Below, piece by piece: positions 38,512 through 47,896 of a stretch of 64,000 nt of DNA. The translations under genes were made by a program, and so were the position numbers. The notes under the pieces were generated by a model. The model worked only from the letters and a program-made list of their open reading frames with translations. It was not told the DNA's origin and searched no databases. How positions within the stretch are numbered: position 1 is the stretch's first letter; the number at the start of each line of letters is the position of its first letter. The stretch is taken from assembly GCA_034667725.1 (NCBI GenBank), contig JAXDQS010000005.1:64001-128000 (forward strand). The letters run 5' to 3'. The stretch is from Thermoplasmata archaeon (lineage in GTDB: Archaea > Thermoplasmatota > E2 > JACPAO01 > JAHFTW01).

Positions 38512-39776
38512 CGGTGGGGGTCGGACCCGTCCTCCTGGACATCGCCATCCTGGTGCTGGCGGCCAAGCTGGCGGGCGAGCTGTTCGAGCGGATGCGGCAG
38601 CCCGCCGTCGTGGGCGAGCTCCTGGTGGGCGCCGTCCTGGGCGCCTCCCTGCTCGGCCCCTCCATCGGCCTGCCCGACCTCGCCGACGGCCACGGCGCCA
38701 AGGCCGTCGTGCTGGAGACCTTGGCCGGCCTCGGCGCCATCCTGCTGCTGTTCAGCGTCGGCCTGGAGAGCGACGTCAAGCGCCTCGGCAAGGTCGGCGC
38801 CAGCAGCCTGCTGGTGGCGGCCATCGGGGTCGTGGCCAGCTTCGTCGTCGGCTTCGCCGCCAGCCTCGGCCTGTCCCGAGTCTGGGGCGCGTGGCCTTCC
38901 GACGTGCTGCTGCACGTGTTCGTCGGCGCCGCCCTCACCGCCACCAGCGTCGGCATCACGGCGCGCGTGCTGGCCGACCTGGGCCGGCTCCAGACCGCCG
39001 AGGCGCGCACCATCCTGGGCGCCGCCGTCCTCGACGACGTGGCCGGCCTCATCCTCCTCGCCGTGGTCGCGGCCCTCGTCGAAGGCGACGGCTTCTCCGC
39101 GCTCGGCTTGGCGCGCGTCGCCGGCATCGCCATCGCGTTCCTGCTTGTGGCCGTCGTGGGAGGCCTCCGCGTGGTGCCGCGGGCCTACGACGCCTTGGTG
39201 GACCGGTTCCGCGTGTCGGGCTTCCCCGTGGCGCTCGCCGTCGGCTTCGCGCTGCTGATGGCCTACGCCGCGAGCCTCGCGGGCCTGGCCGACATCGTCG
39301 GCGCCTTCGCCGCCGGCCTGCTCTTGGCCCAGACCCGGCACGCCCACCGCATCTTCGAGGACGCCAAGCCCATCGCCGCCCTGCTGGTCGGGCTGTTCTT
39401 CGTCACCATCGGCATGAAGGTGGACCTGCGCGTGTTCGCGGCGGACCCGTGGCCCATCCTAGGGGCCGGGCTGGCGCTTGCCGTCGTGGCGGTGGCCGCC
39501 AAGCTGGCTTGCGGGCTGGGGGTCGTGCGCAACCAGGCCCGGCGGCTGCCGGTGGGCGTCGGCATGGTGCCGCGCGGCGAGGTGGGCCTCATCTTCGCGA
39601 GCCTTGGCCTGGCCACCGGGCTGCTCAATGGCACGCTGTACGCCACGGTGGTGCTGGCGGTGCTGCTCACGACCCTGGTGGCGCCCTTCTGGCTGGCGCG
39701 GCTGCGGGACGGCTTCACGCCGGACGCCGAGGACGACGCGGGCCGCGAGAACCTGGCTCGCGTGCTCGAGGCCTAG
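38508..39776 (+). CDS. CPA2-family cation:proton antiporter (NapA/KefB-like)
   Basis: QPAVVGELLVG, LFSVGLE, ATSVGITARVL, GAAVLDD, GMVPRGEVGLI. Confidence 0.93.
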   Translation: MTVGVGPVLLDIAILVLAAKLAGELFERMRQPAVVGELLVGAVLGASLLGPSIGLPDLADGHGAKAVVLETLAGLGAILLLFSVGLESDVKRLGKVGASSLLVAAIGVVASFVVGFAASLGLSRVWGAWPSDVLLHVFVGAALTATSVGITARVLADLGRLQTAEARTILGAAVLDDVAGLILLAVVAALVEGDGFSALGLARVAGIAIAFLLVAVVGGLRVVPRAYDALVDRFRVSGFPVALAVGFALLMAYAASLAGLADIVGAFAAGLLLAQTRHAHRIFEDAKPIAALLVGLFFVTIGMKVDLRVFAADPWPILGAGLALAVVAVAAKLACGLGVVRNQARRLPVGVGMVPRGEVGLIFASLGLATGLLNGTLYATVVLAVLLTTLVAPFWLARLRDGFTPDAEDDAGRENLARVLEA

Positions 39777-40111
39777 GCGACGGCCGCCTCCTTTGCCACG
39801 ACGGCCAGGATGTCGGCGCCGTAGGTCTCGGCCTTGGTGGCGCCGACGCCGCGGACGGCGCGCAGTTCGTCGAGGCTGGCGGGCCGGGCCTCCTCGATGG
39901 CGCGCAGCACGGCGTCGGTGGCGATGACGTAGGGCGGCAGCTGCTTGGCGCGGGCCTGCTCGGAGCGCCAGCGGCGCAGCGCTTCGAACACGGGGCCGCC
40001 GCCGGCGCGGACGCCGCTTGCGCGCAAGGCGTCCTTGAACGCGGCGAGGGCGGTCTCGAGGTTGGCGGTGGCTTGCGCCAGGTCGGGCTTCGGAATGCCA
40101 TCGGGAGGCAT
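39773..40111 (-). CDS. Stand-alone HRDC domain protein
   Basis: FEALRRWRSEQA...PPYVIATDAVL...VRGVGATKAETYGADIL. Confidence 0.85.
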   Translation of the reverse strand: MPPDGIPKPDLAQATANLETALAAFKDALRASGVRAGGGPVFEALRRWRSEQARAKQLPPYVIATDAVLRAIEEARPASLDELRAVRGVGATKAETYGADILAVVAKEAAVA

Positions 40112-40321
40112 GAAGGGCAGGAAGCGCGGGGCGGCCTTGGAGGGGCTCGGACGGGCCTTGGCCTGCAAGAAAAGGAGATGGACCCTGGGGCGCGCTGGCC
40201 CCAGGGGGGTTGCGTAACACCTTGCCGCAGGGAGCGGCACTCCAAACCTTGGCGCTCCTGGTTCATGACGGTTGCCCGCGGGAGGCGCGGCCGGTCGGCT
40301 TGAAAACGGCGCCTTCGTGGC

Positions 40322-41119
40322 GTGGGCGTGGGCGCGCGCCTCGGCCAGCATTTCCTCCGGGACGAGCGCGTGCTGGACGCCGTTGTGGCCGCGGCGGGGC
40401 TCCAGCAGGGCCAACGGGTGCTGGAGATCGGCCCCGGGCCGGGCAACCTGACGGAGCGGCTGGCCGCCGCCGTCGGGCCGTCCGGGCGGGTCGTGGCCAT
40501 CGAGGCGGACCCGATGCTGGCGCGGGCGTTGCAGGGCCGGTGGCCGCAAGTGGACCTGGTGGTCGGCGACGCCGTGCAGACGGACCTGGCGGCCCTCGGC
40601 CCGTTCGACCGCATCGTCGCCAACCTGCCTTACCTGATCAGCGGCCCCATCACGGTCGCGTTCCTGGCGCTGGTGCGGAATCCCGCCACCCGCTGGGGCC
40701 GGGCCGTGCTGATGTACCAGGCCGAGTTCGCCGAGCGCCTGCTGGCCCCGCCCGGCTCCGGCGCGTACGGCCGCCTCACGGTCCACGCCTCCCGCTGGGT
40801 CGAGGTCCGCCACGTCCGCGACGTGCCGCCCGGCGCCTTCGACCCGCCGCCCGCCGTCGACTCGATGGTGGTGGCCCTGGTGCCGCATCCCGCCGCGCCG
40901 TTCGCCGTCGCCGACGAGCGCCTGTGGACCGCGGTGGTGGACGGGTCGTTCCAGCAGCGCCGCAAGCAGCTGCGCAACACGGTCCCGCCCGCCGTCGCCG
41001 CGCTTGGGGTCTCGAAGGAGAAAGCCTTGGCCGCGCTGGAGGCGATGGGGTTGTCCTCCGAACGCCCCGAGCAGGTGGCGCCGGCGCGGTTCGCCGAGCT
41101 GGTGGGGCGGCTGGCGTGA
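40322..41119 (+). CDS. rsmA: 16S rRNA adenine dimethyltransferase
   Basis: LGQHFL, LEIGPGPG, ANLPY, QAEFAERL, FQQRRKQLRN. Confidence 0.95.
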   Translation: MGVGARLGQHFLRDERVLDAVVAAAGLQQGQRVLEIGPGPGNLTERLAAAVGPSGRVVAIEADPMLARALQGRWPQVDLVVGDAVQTDLAALGPFDRIVANLPYLISGPITVAFLALVRNPATRWGRAVLMYQAEFAERLLAPPGSGAYGRLTVHASRWVEVRHVRDVPPGAFDPPPAVDSMVVALVPHPAAPFAVADERLWTAVVDGSFQQRRKQLRNTVPPAVAALGVSKEKALAALEAMGLSSERPEQVAPARFAELVGRLA

Positions 41120-41721
41120 AGGTCCCCACGCCCGACGGCGGCACGCTGTTCATCGCGACCCATCCCGAGGTCTACGTCCCAAGCGACGACACCCTGCTGC
41201 TGGCCCGCGCCGTCCACGCCGAGGCCCGGCCGGGCCAAGCCTTCCTGGAGGTCGGCTGCGGCGCCGGCTACGTGGCGCTCGTGGCCGCCCGCGCGGGGGC
41301 CCGCGTGACGGGCACCGACCTGAACCCGCACGCCGTCGAGGTGGCCCGCCACAACGCCCGCGAGAACGGCCTGCGGGCCACGTTCGTCGCGGCGGACCTG
41401 CTGGCGGGCCTCGCCGGGCCGTTCGACCTGGTGGCGTTCAACCCGCCCTACCTGCCCACGGCGCCGGACGAGGTCGTGCCCGGCCCGCTGAACCTTGCGT
41501 TCGACGGCGGCCTCGACGGCAACGGCACGGTGCTGCGCTTCGCCGGCCAGCTTGGGGCGCTGCGGCCGCGGCCCGCCACCGTCCTAGTGGTGCACAGCAG
41601 CCTGTCGGACCCGCGCCCGCTGGCCGACGCCATGGCGGCGCTCGGCTACAGCATGGACGTGGCCATCTCGGAGCGGCTCGCCTTCGAGGAGCTGACGGTG
41701 CGCCGCTTCAGGCTGGCCTGA
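41116..41721 (+). CDS. HemK2/N6AMT1-like protein methyltransferase
   Basis: VYVPSDDTLLL, LEVGCGAG, FNPPYLP, DGGLDG. Confidence 0.9.
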   Translation: MKVPTPDGGTLFIATHPEVYVPSDDTLLLARAVHAEARPGQAFLEVGCGAGYVALVAARAGARVTGTDLNPHAVEVARHNARENGLRATFVAADLLAGLAGPFDLVAFNPPYLPTAPDEVVPGPLNLAFDGGLDGNGTVLRFAGQLGALRPRPATVLVVHSSLSDPRPLADAMAALGYSMDVAISERLAFEELTVRRFRLA

Positions 41722-42629
41722 GCGGCAAGGCCCGCGAGCACCAGCCAGAGCGGGGCCGCCGGGCTGTCCTTCGGCGCGACGGCGGGGCTGGCCGGGCCCG
41801 GAGCGGGCGTCGTCGCGGCCGGGGTGGTGCGTGCGGGCTCCTCGGCGGCGGGGGCCGGCGCCGGCTCGCTCGTGGGCGGCGCCTGGGTCTCGGCCGGCGG
41901 GGGCGGGGCCTGGGCGACGGCGGCCGCCAAGGCGGGCAGCAGCAGGTCGGCGGCGTAGCCGGCGTCGGGCATCCGGTCCCAGCCGTCGGGCGCGAAGCCC
42001 GCCTGCGTGGGGCGCGGCACGCCGCTGCACGGCGACAGCACCGTGCCGTAGGTCGGGACGGCCGGCAGCTCGCTCTGGGTCTGGCAGGCCTGCGGCGAGT
42101 CGTAGGCGAACGCCCGCGTGACCCGGTAGCCCGTCGCGGTGGTCTCGGGCATGTTCAGGATGGCGTGGTCGCGCGGGACCGAGAACAGGACCACGTTCCC
42201 GTCCACCGTGACGGTGGGCGCGCCGTCGAAGGCCAGCACGTCCTCGTCGTCGATCCAGCCCATCTGGGCGCGCAGGGCGGGATCCTCGGCGCCATGCCGG
42301 TACACCACGTAGGAGGTGTTGTAGCCGGCCTGGGCGGGGGCGGGCGCGCCGTCGTCGCGCTCGACCCGGAACTCGACGCGGAACGACACGGTGGCGCTGG
42401 CGCAGCCGTCCGGGCAGGCGGACTGGTCGGCGGGCGGCTCGGGGAGGGCCTTCACCTGGAGCGCGACCTGGAGGTGGGTGGCGTTGGCGGCGAGCCAGAG
42501 CTTCTGGAGGTCCATGCTGTCGTGGCCGGCGTCGTCGTCGGGGTCGGTGGCGTTGGGGTCCCCGTCGGGGGCGGCAAGGGCTGCTGGCAGGGCAAGCAGG
42601 AGGCCCAAGAGCAGGGCGATGCGGCGCAT
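41646..42629 (-). CDS. Secreted protein with a C-terminal DSPxxPL-TM-basic anchor
   Basis: Signal peptide; DPDDDAG..MDL; Pro/Thr linker; KDSPAAPLWLVLAGLAAQASLKRR. Confidence 0.75.
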   Translation of the reverse strand: MRRIALLLGLLLALPAALAAPDGDPNATDPDDDAGHDSMDLQKLWLAANATHLQVALQVKALPEPPADQSACPDGCASATVSFRVEFRVERDDGAPAPAQAGYNTSYVVYRHGAEDPALRAQMGWIDDEDVLAFDGAPTVTVDGNVVLFSVPRDHAILNMPETTATGYRVTRAFAYDSPQACQTQSELPAVPTYGTVLSPCSGVPRPTQAGFAPDGWDRMPDAGYAADLLLPALAAAVAQAPPPPAETQAPPTSEPAPAPAAEEPARTTPAATTPAPGPASPAVAPKDSPAAPLWLVLAGLAAQASLKRRTVSSSKASRSEMATSML

Positions 42630-42703
42630 GGCAGGGACGCGGCGCGGGGAGTATTTGTGGAGCCTGGCCGCTTCGCTGGAAGGTTCGGGGAAGCGACAAG
42701 AGC

Positions 42704-42736
42704 GGAAGGAGGGAAGGAGGGAGGAAGGAGAAGGGG
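42704..42736 (-). terminator. Pyrimidine-rich putative terminator
   Basis: C/T tract right after the stop at 42742. Confidence 0.45.
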
Positions 42737-42741
42737 CCGGG

Positions 42742-43980
42742 CTACGCGAGGCGGCGGCGGGTCACGAAGACCATCGCGGCCAGCATCGTGACCAGCTCGA
42801 CCAGCGGCATGTCCGGCGAGTCCTGGCTGGACTGGGTGCCGCCGTCCGTGATGTCGAACGACGCCGTCGTGCTGGTGTCGCTGCCGCCGGTGCCGCCGGT
42901 CCCGCCCGTGCCGCCGGTGCCGCCCGGGCCGCCGGTGCCCGACACGGTCTTGGGGGCCACGTTGAGCTTCATGACGCCCTTGAAGTTGGTGTACTTCAGG
43001 GTGATGTGGAACAGGCCGGCCTTGGCGGGGACGCTCTGGGGCGTGGTCGAGGTGGCGTTCTTGTTGAGGGTGCCCGAGGCCAGCGTCTTGTTGGTGCTGT
43101 CCTTGATGGTGTAGGTCACGGTGCCGTTCGCGACCGTCGCGTTGTAGGACACGTCGACCACGGTGGCCGTCGAGGTCCAGTTGTAGACGTAGGTGTCCGA
43201 CGACGGGCTGGTGAAGGTGTGCGTGATCGCGACCGCGCTGCCGGTGGCGTTCTGGTAGATGGTCTTGGTGCCGGTCGGGACCACGGTGCCGGACTGGTAG
43301 GTGAAGGTCACGGCCGACGCGTAGTCGGGGCTGTCGTAGTAGAACAGCCAGGTGGGGCCGCCGAGGACGGTGTCGACCTCGACCTCGACCGTCAGCTTGG
43401 AGGTGGCGGGGACCACCAGGTTGCCGGAGGGCGACAGCACGACGCCGAGGTCCGCGCTGGAGGCGTCGGGCGTCTGGTCGTCGATGAACTGGTTGATGGC
43501 CACCTGGGCGTCCTTGCACTGCGGCGCGTTGGCGGGCAGGTCAAGGTCGTTGGTGAGGCGGGAGCCGACGGTGGCGCCGTCCAGCTTGACCGTCACGAGG
43601 ACGCGGGGGACGAAGGCCGACTGGGTGGTCTCGCTGACGCAGTAGTGGACGGTGAAGGCGTCGGTCTCGGGGCCGGAGGTGCTGAAGTCGCCGTCGCCGA
43701 TCTCGCCGGACTGGGCGAAGCCGTCCTTCATGGGGAAGACGACGGGGTTCTCGACGATGCCGGCGCCGGCGCTGTGGGAGACGATGATGCGAGGCTCGCT
43801 GCCCGAGGGGGCCGTGGCGTCCAGCCAGGTGTCGCCCGCCGCGGCGGTGTTGTCGAACACCGGCTCGGTGCCGTGGAAGTACAGCGTCATGGCCGTGCCG
43901 GCTTGGGCCGTGGCCGTCGGGACAGGTGCGGCCGCCAAGGCGGCCAGGACAAGCATGGAAGCAACCAGCGTTCCTCGCAT
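42742..43980 (-). CDS. Secreted surface glycoprotein with a C-terminal sorting-like signal
   Basis: Signal peptide; several N-x-T sequons; GGT repeats; QDSPDMPLVELVTMLAAMVFVTRRRLA. Confidence 0.85.
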   Translation of the reverse strand: MRGTLVASMLVLAALAAAPVPTATAQAGTAMTLYFHGTEPVFDNTAAAGDTWLDATAPSGSEPRIIVSHSAGAGIVENPVVFPMKDGFAQSGEIGDGDFSTSGPETDAFTVHYCVSETTQSAFVPRVLVTVKLDGATVGSRLTNDLDLPANAPQCKDAQVAINQFIDDQTPDASSADLGVVLSPSGNLVVPATSKLTVEVEVDTVLGGPTWLFYYDSPDYASAVTFTYQSGTVVPTGTKTIYQNATGSAVAITHTFTSPSSDTYVYNWTSTATVVDVSYNATVANGTVTYTIKDSTNKTLASGTLNKNATSTTPQSVPAKAGLFHITLKYTNFKGVMKLNVAPKTVSGTGGPGGTGGTGGTGGTGGSDTSTTASFDITDGGTQSSQDSPDMPLVELVTMLAAMVFVTRRRLA

Positions 43981-44038
43981 GGGCCATCGACCAACCCTCG
44001 GTGCTGATAGACGTTGCGTCGCGGCGGCCGCCGCCCGA

Positions 44039-45199
44039 TCACACCGTCAGGCGGTGCTGCACGACCACGCTGGCCACCGCGAAGGCCGCCGCCCCGATCC
44101 GGGCCTCGCCCTGCGCCTGGGTCATGCGCGGCCCGGTGATGGCAAGGCCCACCGGCCGGTCGAACCGCAGCGCCAGGTCCACCAGGGCGCGGGCGGTGGC
44201 GTCGGCGATGACGACGTCGTGGCCGGTCTCGCCCTGGATGATGCAGCCGATCACCACGACGGCGTCCACGTCGGCGCGCTGCAGCAGGCGCTGGACGGCA
44301 AGCGGCGTGTCGAAGGCGCCCGGCACCTTGGCGTGCGCCACGACGACGGCGCCCAGCCGCTCGGCCTCCTCCTTGGCGGCCGCCGCCATGGCCGACGTGA
44401 TGCCGAGGTTGAACTCGGCCTGCACGAGGCCGATGCGGCAGGCCTTGCCCGGGTCGGGGGCGGGGCGGGGCGCGTCGCTCGTGTGCGGCTGGCGCGCGGC
44501 GGCGGCCTTGGGCGGGCCCGGCAAGGCGGGCGGGACCTCGGGGATCGGGGCGAACAGGTCGTCGTCCTCGTGGTGCACGACCGTCTGGAGCGGCCCGTTG
44601 GCCGTCGGGTTGGACATGACGGCGCCCCGGCTGGCGGCGGCGACGTCGCTGGCGGCGTCCAGGAGGGCCTGGTCGTCCTCCACCTGGGCTTCCTGGGTGG
44701 CCGGGCGGTCGGGGCGGGGCGGCAGCACGCCGAAGCGGCGCGGGGTGGCGACCTGGATGTCGGGCTCCTTCCACTTGGCCAGGATGTCCTGGGCCTTGGG
44801 CTGGGGCGGCGGGTCGGCACGCAGGCCGCGCCCGGTGCGCGGGTGGACGTCGAGGTCGGGCCGGCGGTACTCCTCGAACAGGGCGTCCTCCGTGACCTTG
44901 ACGGCAGGCGCGCCCTCCGCGGGCTGGGCGGGCTGCTGGCCCGGCAGCGCCGGCACCGGCCAGTCGCGCGCCGCCGCTGGCTGGGCGCGGGGAATCTCGG
45001 GCACGCCGAGGCCCTTGGCGAGGTTGGCCTTGGTGAGCGGGACGTTGGGGTCCGGCGGCGGGAACTGGTAGCCGGCCGCGCGCAAGCCCTTGGCGCGAGG
45101 GACGGGGTTGCCCTGCTCGTCGGTGCGCGGCGGGGCGGTGTACTCCTCGAACTCCTCGGTCGCATCGACCTTCGGCTCGTTCGGCTCCGCCATGGGCAT
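44039..45199 (-). CDS. ribH: 6,7-dimethyl-8-ribityllumazine synthase with ~250-aa low-complexity N-terminal extension
   Basis: RIGLVQAEFN, VPGAFDTPL, GCIIQGETGHD, PVGLAITGP in the last ~135 aa. Confidence 0.92.
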   Translation of the reverse strand: MPMAEPNEPKVDATEEFEEYTAPPRTDEQGNPVPRAKGLRAAGYQFPPPDPNVPLTKANLAKGLGVPEIPRAQPAAARDWPVPALPGQQPAQPAEGAPAVKVTEDALFEEYRRPDLDVHPRTGRGLRADPPPQPKAQDILAKWKEPDIQVATPRRFGVLPPRPDRPATQEAQVEDDQALLDAASDVAAASRGAVMSNPTANGPLQTVVHHEDDDLFAPIPEVPPALPGPPKAAAARQPHTSDAPRPAPDPGKACRIGLVQAEFNLGITSAMAAAAKEEAERLGAVVVAHAKVPGAFDTPLAVQRLLQRADVDAVVVIGCIIQGETGHDVVIADATARALVDLALRFDRPVGLAITGPRMTQAQGEARIGAAAFAVASVVVQHRLTV

Positions 45200-45254
45200 C
45201 CCAGTTGCGGGGCACGGTTTCCACTAATGAATGCTTTTGGACCGGGCCATGGAC

Positions 45255-47123
45255 CTAATTCAGGCCCTCGGCGGTGCCCAGGCGCACGACGATGGTCGGG
45301 CCGGTCGGCAGCCAGAGGTCGCAGCGGAACGTGGCGCCGGGCAAGAGGGGCGGGAAGGCGCACGTGTCACGGGCCATCGCCGTCTCGCCGGTCTCGTCCG
45401 CCTGCATGAAGGCCAAGAGCTCGCCGCGCAGCGTGTCGCGGCGGCCGGTGTTGGCGACCTCGACCGAGAGGTGCTGCACGCCGTTCTCGTCCTCGACGGG
45501 GTCCAGGTCGAGGGTCAGCTTGGTGCGCGAGGAGACGTCGACCGGCTCGGGGCGGGGGCGCTTGGGGTCGGGCAGCCCGAGGGCGGGGCCGCCGGGCGTG
45601 GGCTCGGCCTGCCAGTAGCGGACGTTCTGGAGGCTGACGGTGCCGCCGGGCGAGGTGCCGTTGAGGGCGACGCCGACGGAGGTGTGGCGGTCGCCGCGCA
45701 GCAGGATGACGTCCTGGCCGAGCGCGTCGAGCAGGGAGGCCAGCAGGACCGCGTTGTCCTCGGAGTCGCCGCCGTCGGCCGCCAGCGTCATGGCGGGGCT
45801 GCGCAGGAAGCGGTCGTCGGGGCGCGAGGCCGGGAAGCCGTCCTTGAGGGACTGGACGAACGAGAGCGCGAGGGCCGCCAGCTCGGGGTCGGTCATGCCT
45901 TCCGCGTCCGCGACCTCGAGGAGCTGGTCGGCGACCTGGCCGACGACGGTGGCGGTGCGGGCGTCGTGGATCAAGAGGTCGTAGGCCGGGCCCAAGGCGT
46001 TGCGCGGGATGATGCGGGCCTCGTCGCGGCGCAGCAAGGCGTCGGGGATGCTGGCCGTCACCTTGCGGGCGGTGCCGGCGTGGGTCCAGGAGTAGCTCTT
46101 CTCGACGACGTTCGGGTCCTCGTCGATCACGGGCGGGATGGCCTCGTCGGCCAGGTAGTCCTGGAGGAGCGTGACGTTGGTGCGGCTCCAGTTGTCGTAG
46201 ACCCGGAACTGGCTGGCCTCGCCGTAGGTGACGAACCAGACGTCGCCGTCGTCGACGATGCCGGCCTTGCCGAGGTCGACGACCTCGATGGTGCCGGCGG
46301 CGGTCTCGGAGCGGGTGGGCATGGGGACGCTCTGGGCGACGCTGCCGTCGGTGGCCAGGAAGCGGAAGCGCAGGTCGCTGTAGCGGCTGCCGGGGCTGAT
46401 GGGCTGGATGCGCAGCGCGTGGGTGTCGCCGACCACGATCTCCACGTAGCGCAGGAAGGCTTCCGGCTTGGAGGCCACGGGGACGTCGGGCAGGGCCGGC
46501 TTGGCGCTGTATTTGACGGACCCGCTGGTCTCGGAGGCGCTCTCGGTGAAGGTGGCCTCCAGGAAGGTGCCGTTGTCGCCAAAGCGCCAGCGCTCGCGGA
46601 TGCCGCCCGATTCGCGCAGCAGCACGTGGACGGTCTTGCCGGCCTCCTGCACGCAGGTGGCGGCGAACAGGTGGCTCGGGGTGCCGAAGAAGCTGCTGGC
46701 GTCGCTGTCGGCCAGCCCGCCCAGGGCGTAGTCGTGCAGGCGCTGGGAGAACGCCGGGTCGGCCAGGTCGCGGTGGCGGGTGGCGTTGCCGGTGGCGTTG
46801 ACGGAGTAGAACTCGTTGCCGTAGACGAAGTCGGTGCCGTTCTGGTAGGCCCAGCTGAACGCCTCGCGGGCCGGGTCGGCGGCGTAGACGTTGGTGGTGT
46901 TCTTGCCGGCCACGGTGCTGCGCACCTCGAGGGTCCCGCTGGCGAACCGCAGCACGTCGAGGCGGTCCTGCAGCGCGTTCTCGGCCAGGCAGGCCGGCGG
47001 CGCGGCGGTGGTGCTGCTGGACGTGGTGGTGGACGACGAGGCGGTGCTCGAGTCGGGGCCGTCGCCTGAGCAGCCGGCCAGAAGCAGGAGCGCCAGGACG
47101 GCCGTCGTGGGCAGGATGCGCAC
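45255..47123 (-). CDS. Lipoprotein with a transglutaminase-like domain (Cys replaced by Ser)
   Basis: LAGC; LSFVQSL, GDSEDNAVLLASLL, HTSVGV, YWQAEPT. Confidence 0.75.
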   Translation of the reverse strand: MRILPTTAVLALLLLAGCSGDGPDSSTASSSTTTSSSTTAAPPACLAENALQDRLDVLRFASGTLEVRSTVAGKNTTNVYAADPAREAFSWAYQNGTDFVYGNEFYSVNATGNATRHRDLADPAFSQRLHDYALGGLADSDASSFFGTPSHLFAATCVQEAGKTVHVLLRESGGIRERWRFGDNGTFLEATFTESASETSGSVKYSAKPALPDVPVASKPEAFLRYVEIVVGDTHALRIQPISPGSRYSDLRFRFLATDGSVAQSVPMPTRSETAAGTIEVVDLGKAGIVDDGDVWFVTYGEASQFRVYDNWSRTNVTLLQDYLADEAIPPVIDEDPNVVEKSYSWTHAGTARKVTASIPDALLRRDEARIIPRNALGPAYDLLIHDARTATVVGQVADQLLEVADAEGMTDPELAALALSFVQSLKDGFPASRPDDRFLRSPAMTLAADGGDSEDNAVLLASLLDALGQDVILLRGDRHTSVGVALNGTSPGGTVSLQNVRYWQAEPTPGGPALGLPDPKRPRPEPVDVSSRTKLTLDLDPVEDENGVQHLSVEVANTGRRDTLRGELLAFMQADETGETAMARDTCAFPPLLPGATFRCDLWLPTGPTIVVRLGTAEGLN

Positions 47124-47185
47124 GGAGGCACCACAACGGGGTGGTTTTTAGGGTTGGCCAAGCAAAAGCGGCCGGCCGGGGGCGC

Positions 47186-47830
47186 TCAGGCCTTCCCGGG
47201 GCGCAGGTGGGAGCCGTCGCCGCGCCTCGGGTCGGCGGGGCCGGCGTCCTGGAAGCCCTGGCGCTGGCCGGTGCCGGCGCGGGCCACCAGCTCGTGCGGC
47301 CGCTCCACCAGCCAGACGGCGTTGACGGCGTGCTCGGCGGTGCGGTTGCGGGCCACCTCGATGAGCTCGGCGTCGCTCTTGGCCTCGTCCATGTGGACGA
47401 AGACCTCCAGCACGTGCGTGCTCGTCATGAGCTGCGCCTGCGCGATCGCCATCGAGGCCTCGTGGCCGCACTGCTTGTCGATGGGCTCCGGGCCGACCAT
47501 GCCGCAGGCGACGACGATGGCGCAGCCGTCGCGCTCGACCATGCGCTTGGCGGCCACGGCGAGATCCTTGAAGCCAGGCACGGTGCGGCGCAGGATGCGC
47601 GCCTCGGGGATGCCCTGGCCGCGCAGCGCCTCGACCGCCACGGCGCCCATGTCCACGGTGCTGAAGGTGGTGTCCACGACGCCGTAGCGCACCCCGGCGG
47701 GCGGCTTGGACGTCGTCTCCTCGTAGCCGAGCGAGCGCGACTGCGCCGGCTGCGGCCGCTCGGCGCCGCGGTTCACGATGACCTTGGGCTGGGCGCGGTC
47801 CGGGTCGTCGGGTCTCCAGATGAGGCTCAT
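47186..47830 (-). CDS. ribC: Archaeal riboflavin synthase with ~45-aa N-terminal extension
   Basis: GVVDTTFSTVDMG, TVPGFKDLAVA, LEVFVHMDE, GQRQG. Confidence 0.92.
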   Translation of the reverse strand: MSLIWRPDDPDRAQPKVIVNRGAERPQPAQSRSLGYEETTSKPPAGVRYGVVDTTFSTVDMGAVAVEALRGQGIPEARILRRTVPGFKDLAVAAKRMVERDGCAIVVACGMVGPEPIDKQCGHEASMAIAQAQLMTSTHVLEVFVHMDEAKSDAELIEVARNRTAEHAVNAVWLVERPHELVARAGTGQRQGFQDAGPADPRRGDGSHLRPGKA

Positions 47831-47896
47831 CCTGGCTCCGGCCCTTCGACTCGGGGCGGCCGGTTCAAGGTTCCGGATGGCGGCGGGGGGTGCCGC

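Noticed and set aside
42880-42940. GCCGCCGGT-type tandem repeats (also 7920-8030 and 56200-57130)
   Set aside because: They encode Gly/Thr linkers or Ala-rich helices.
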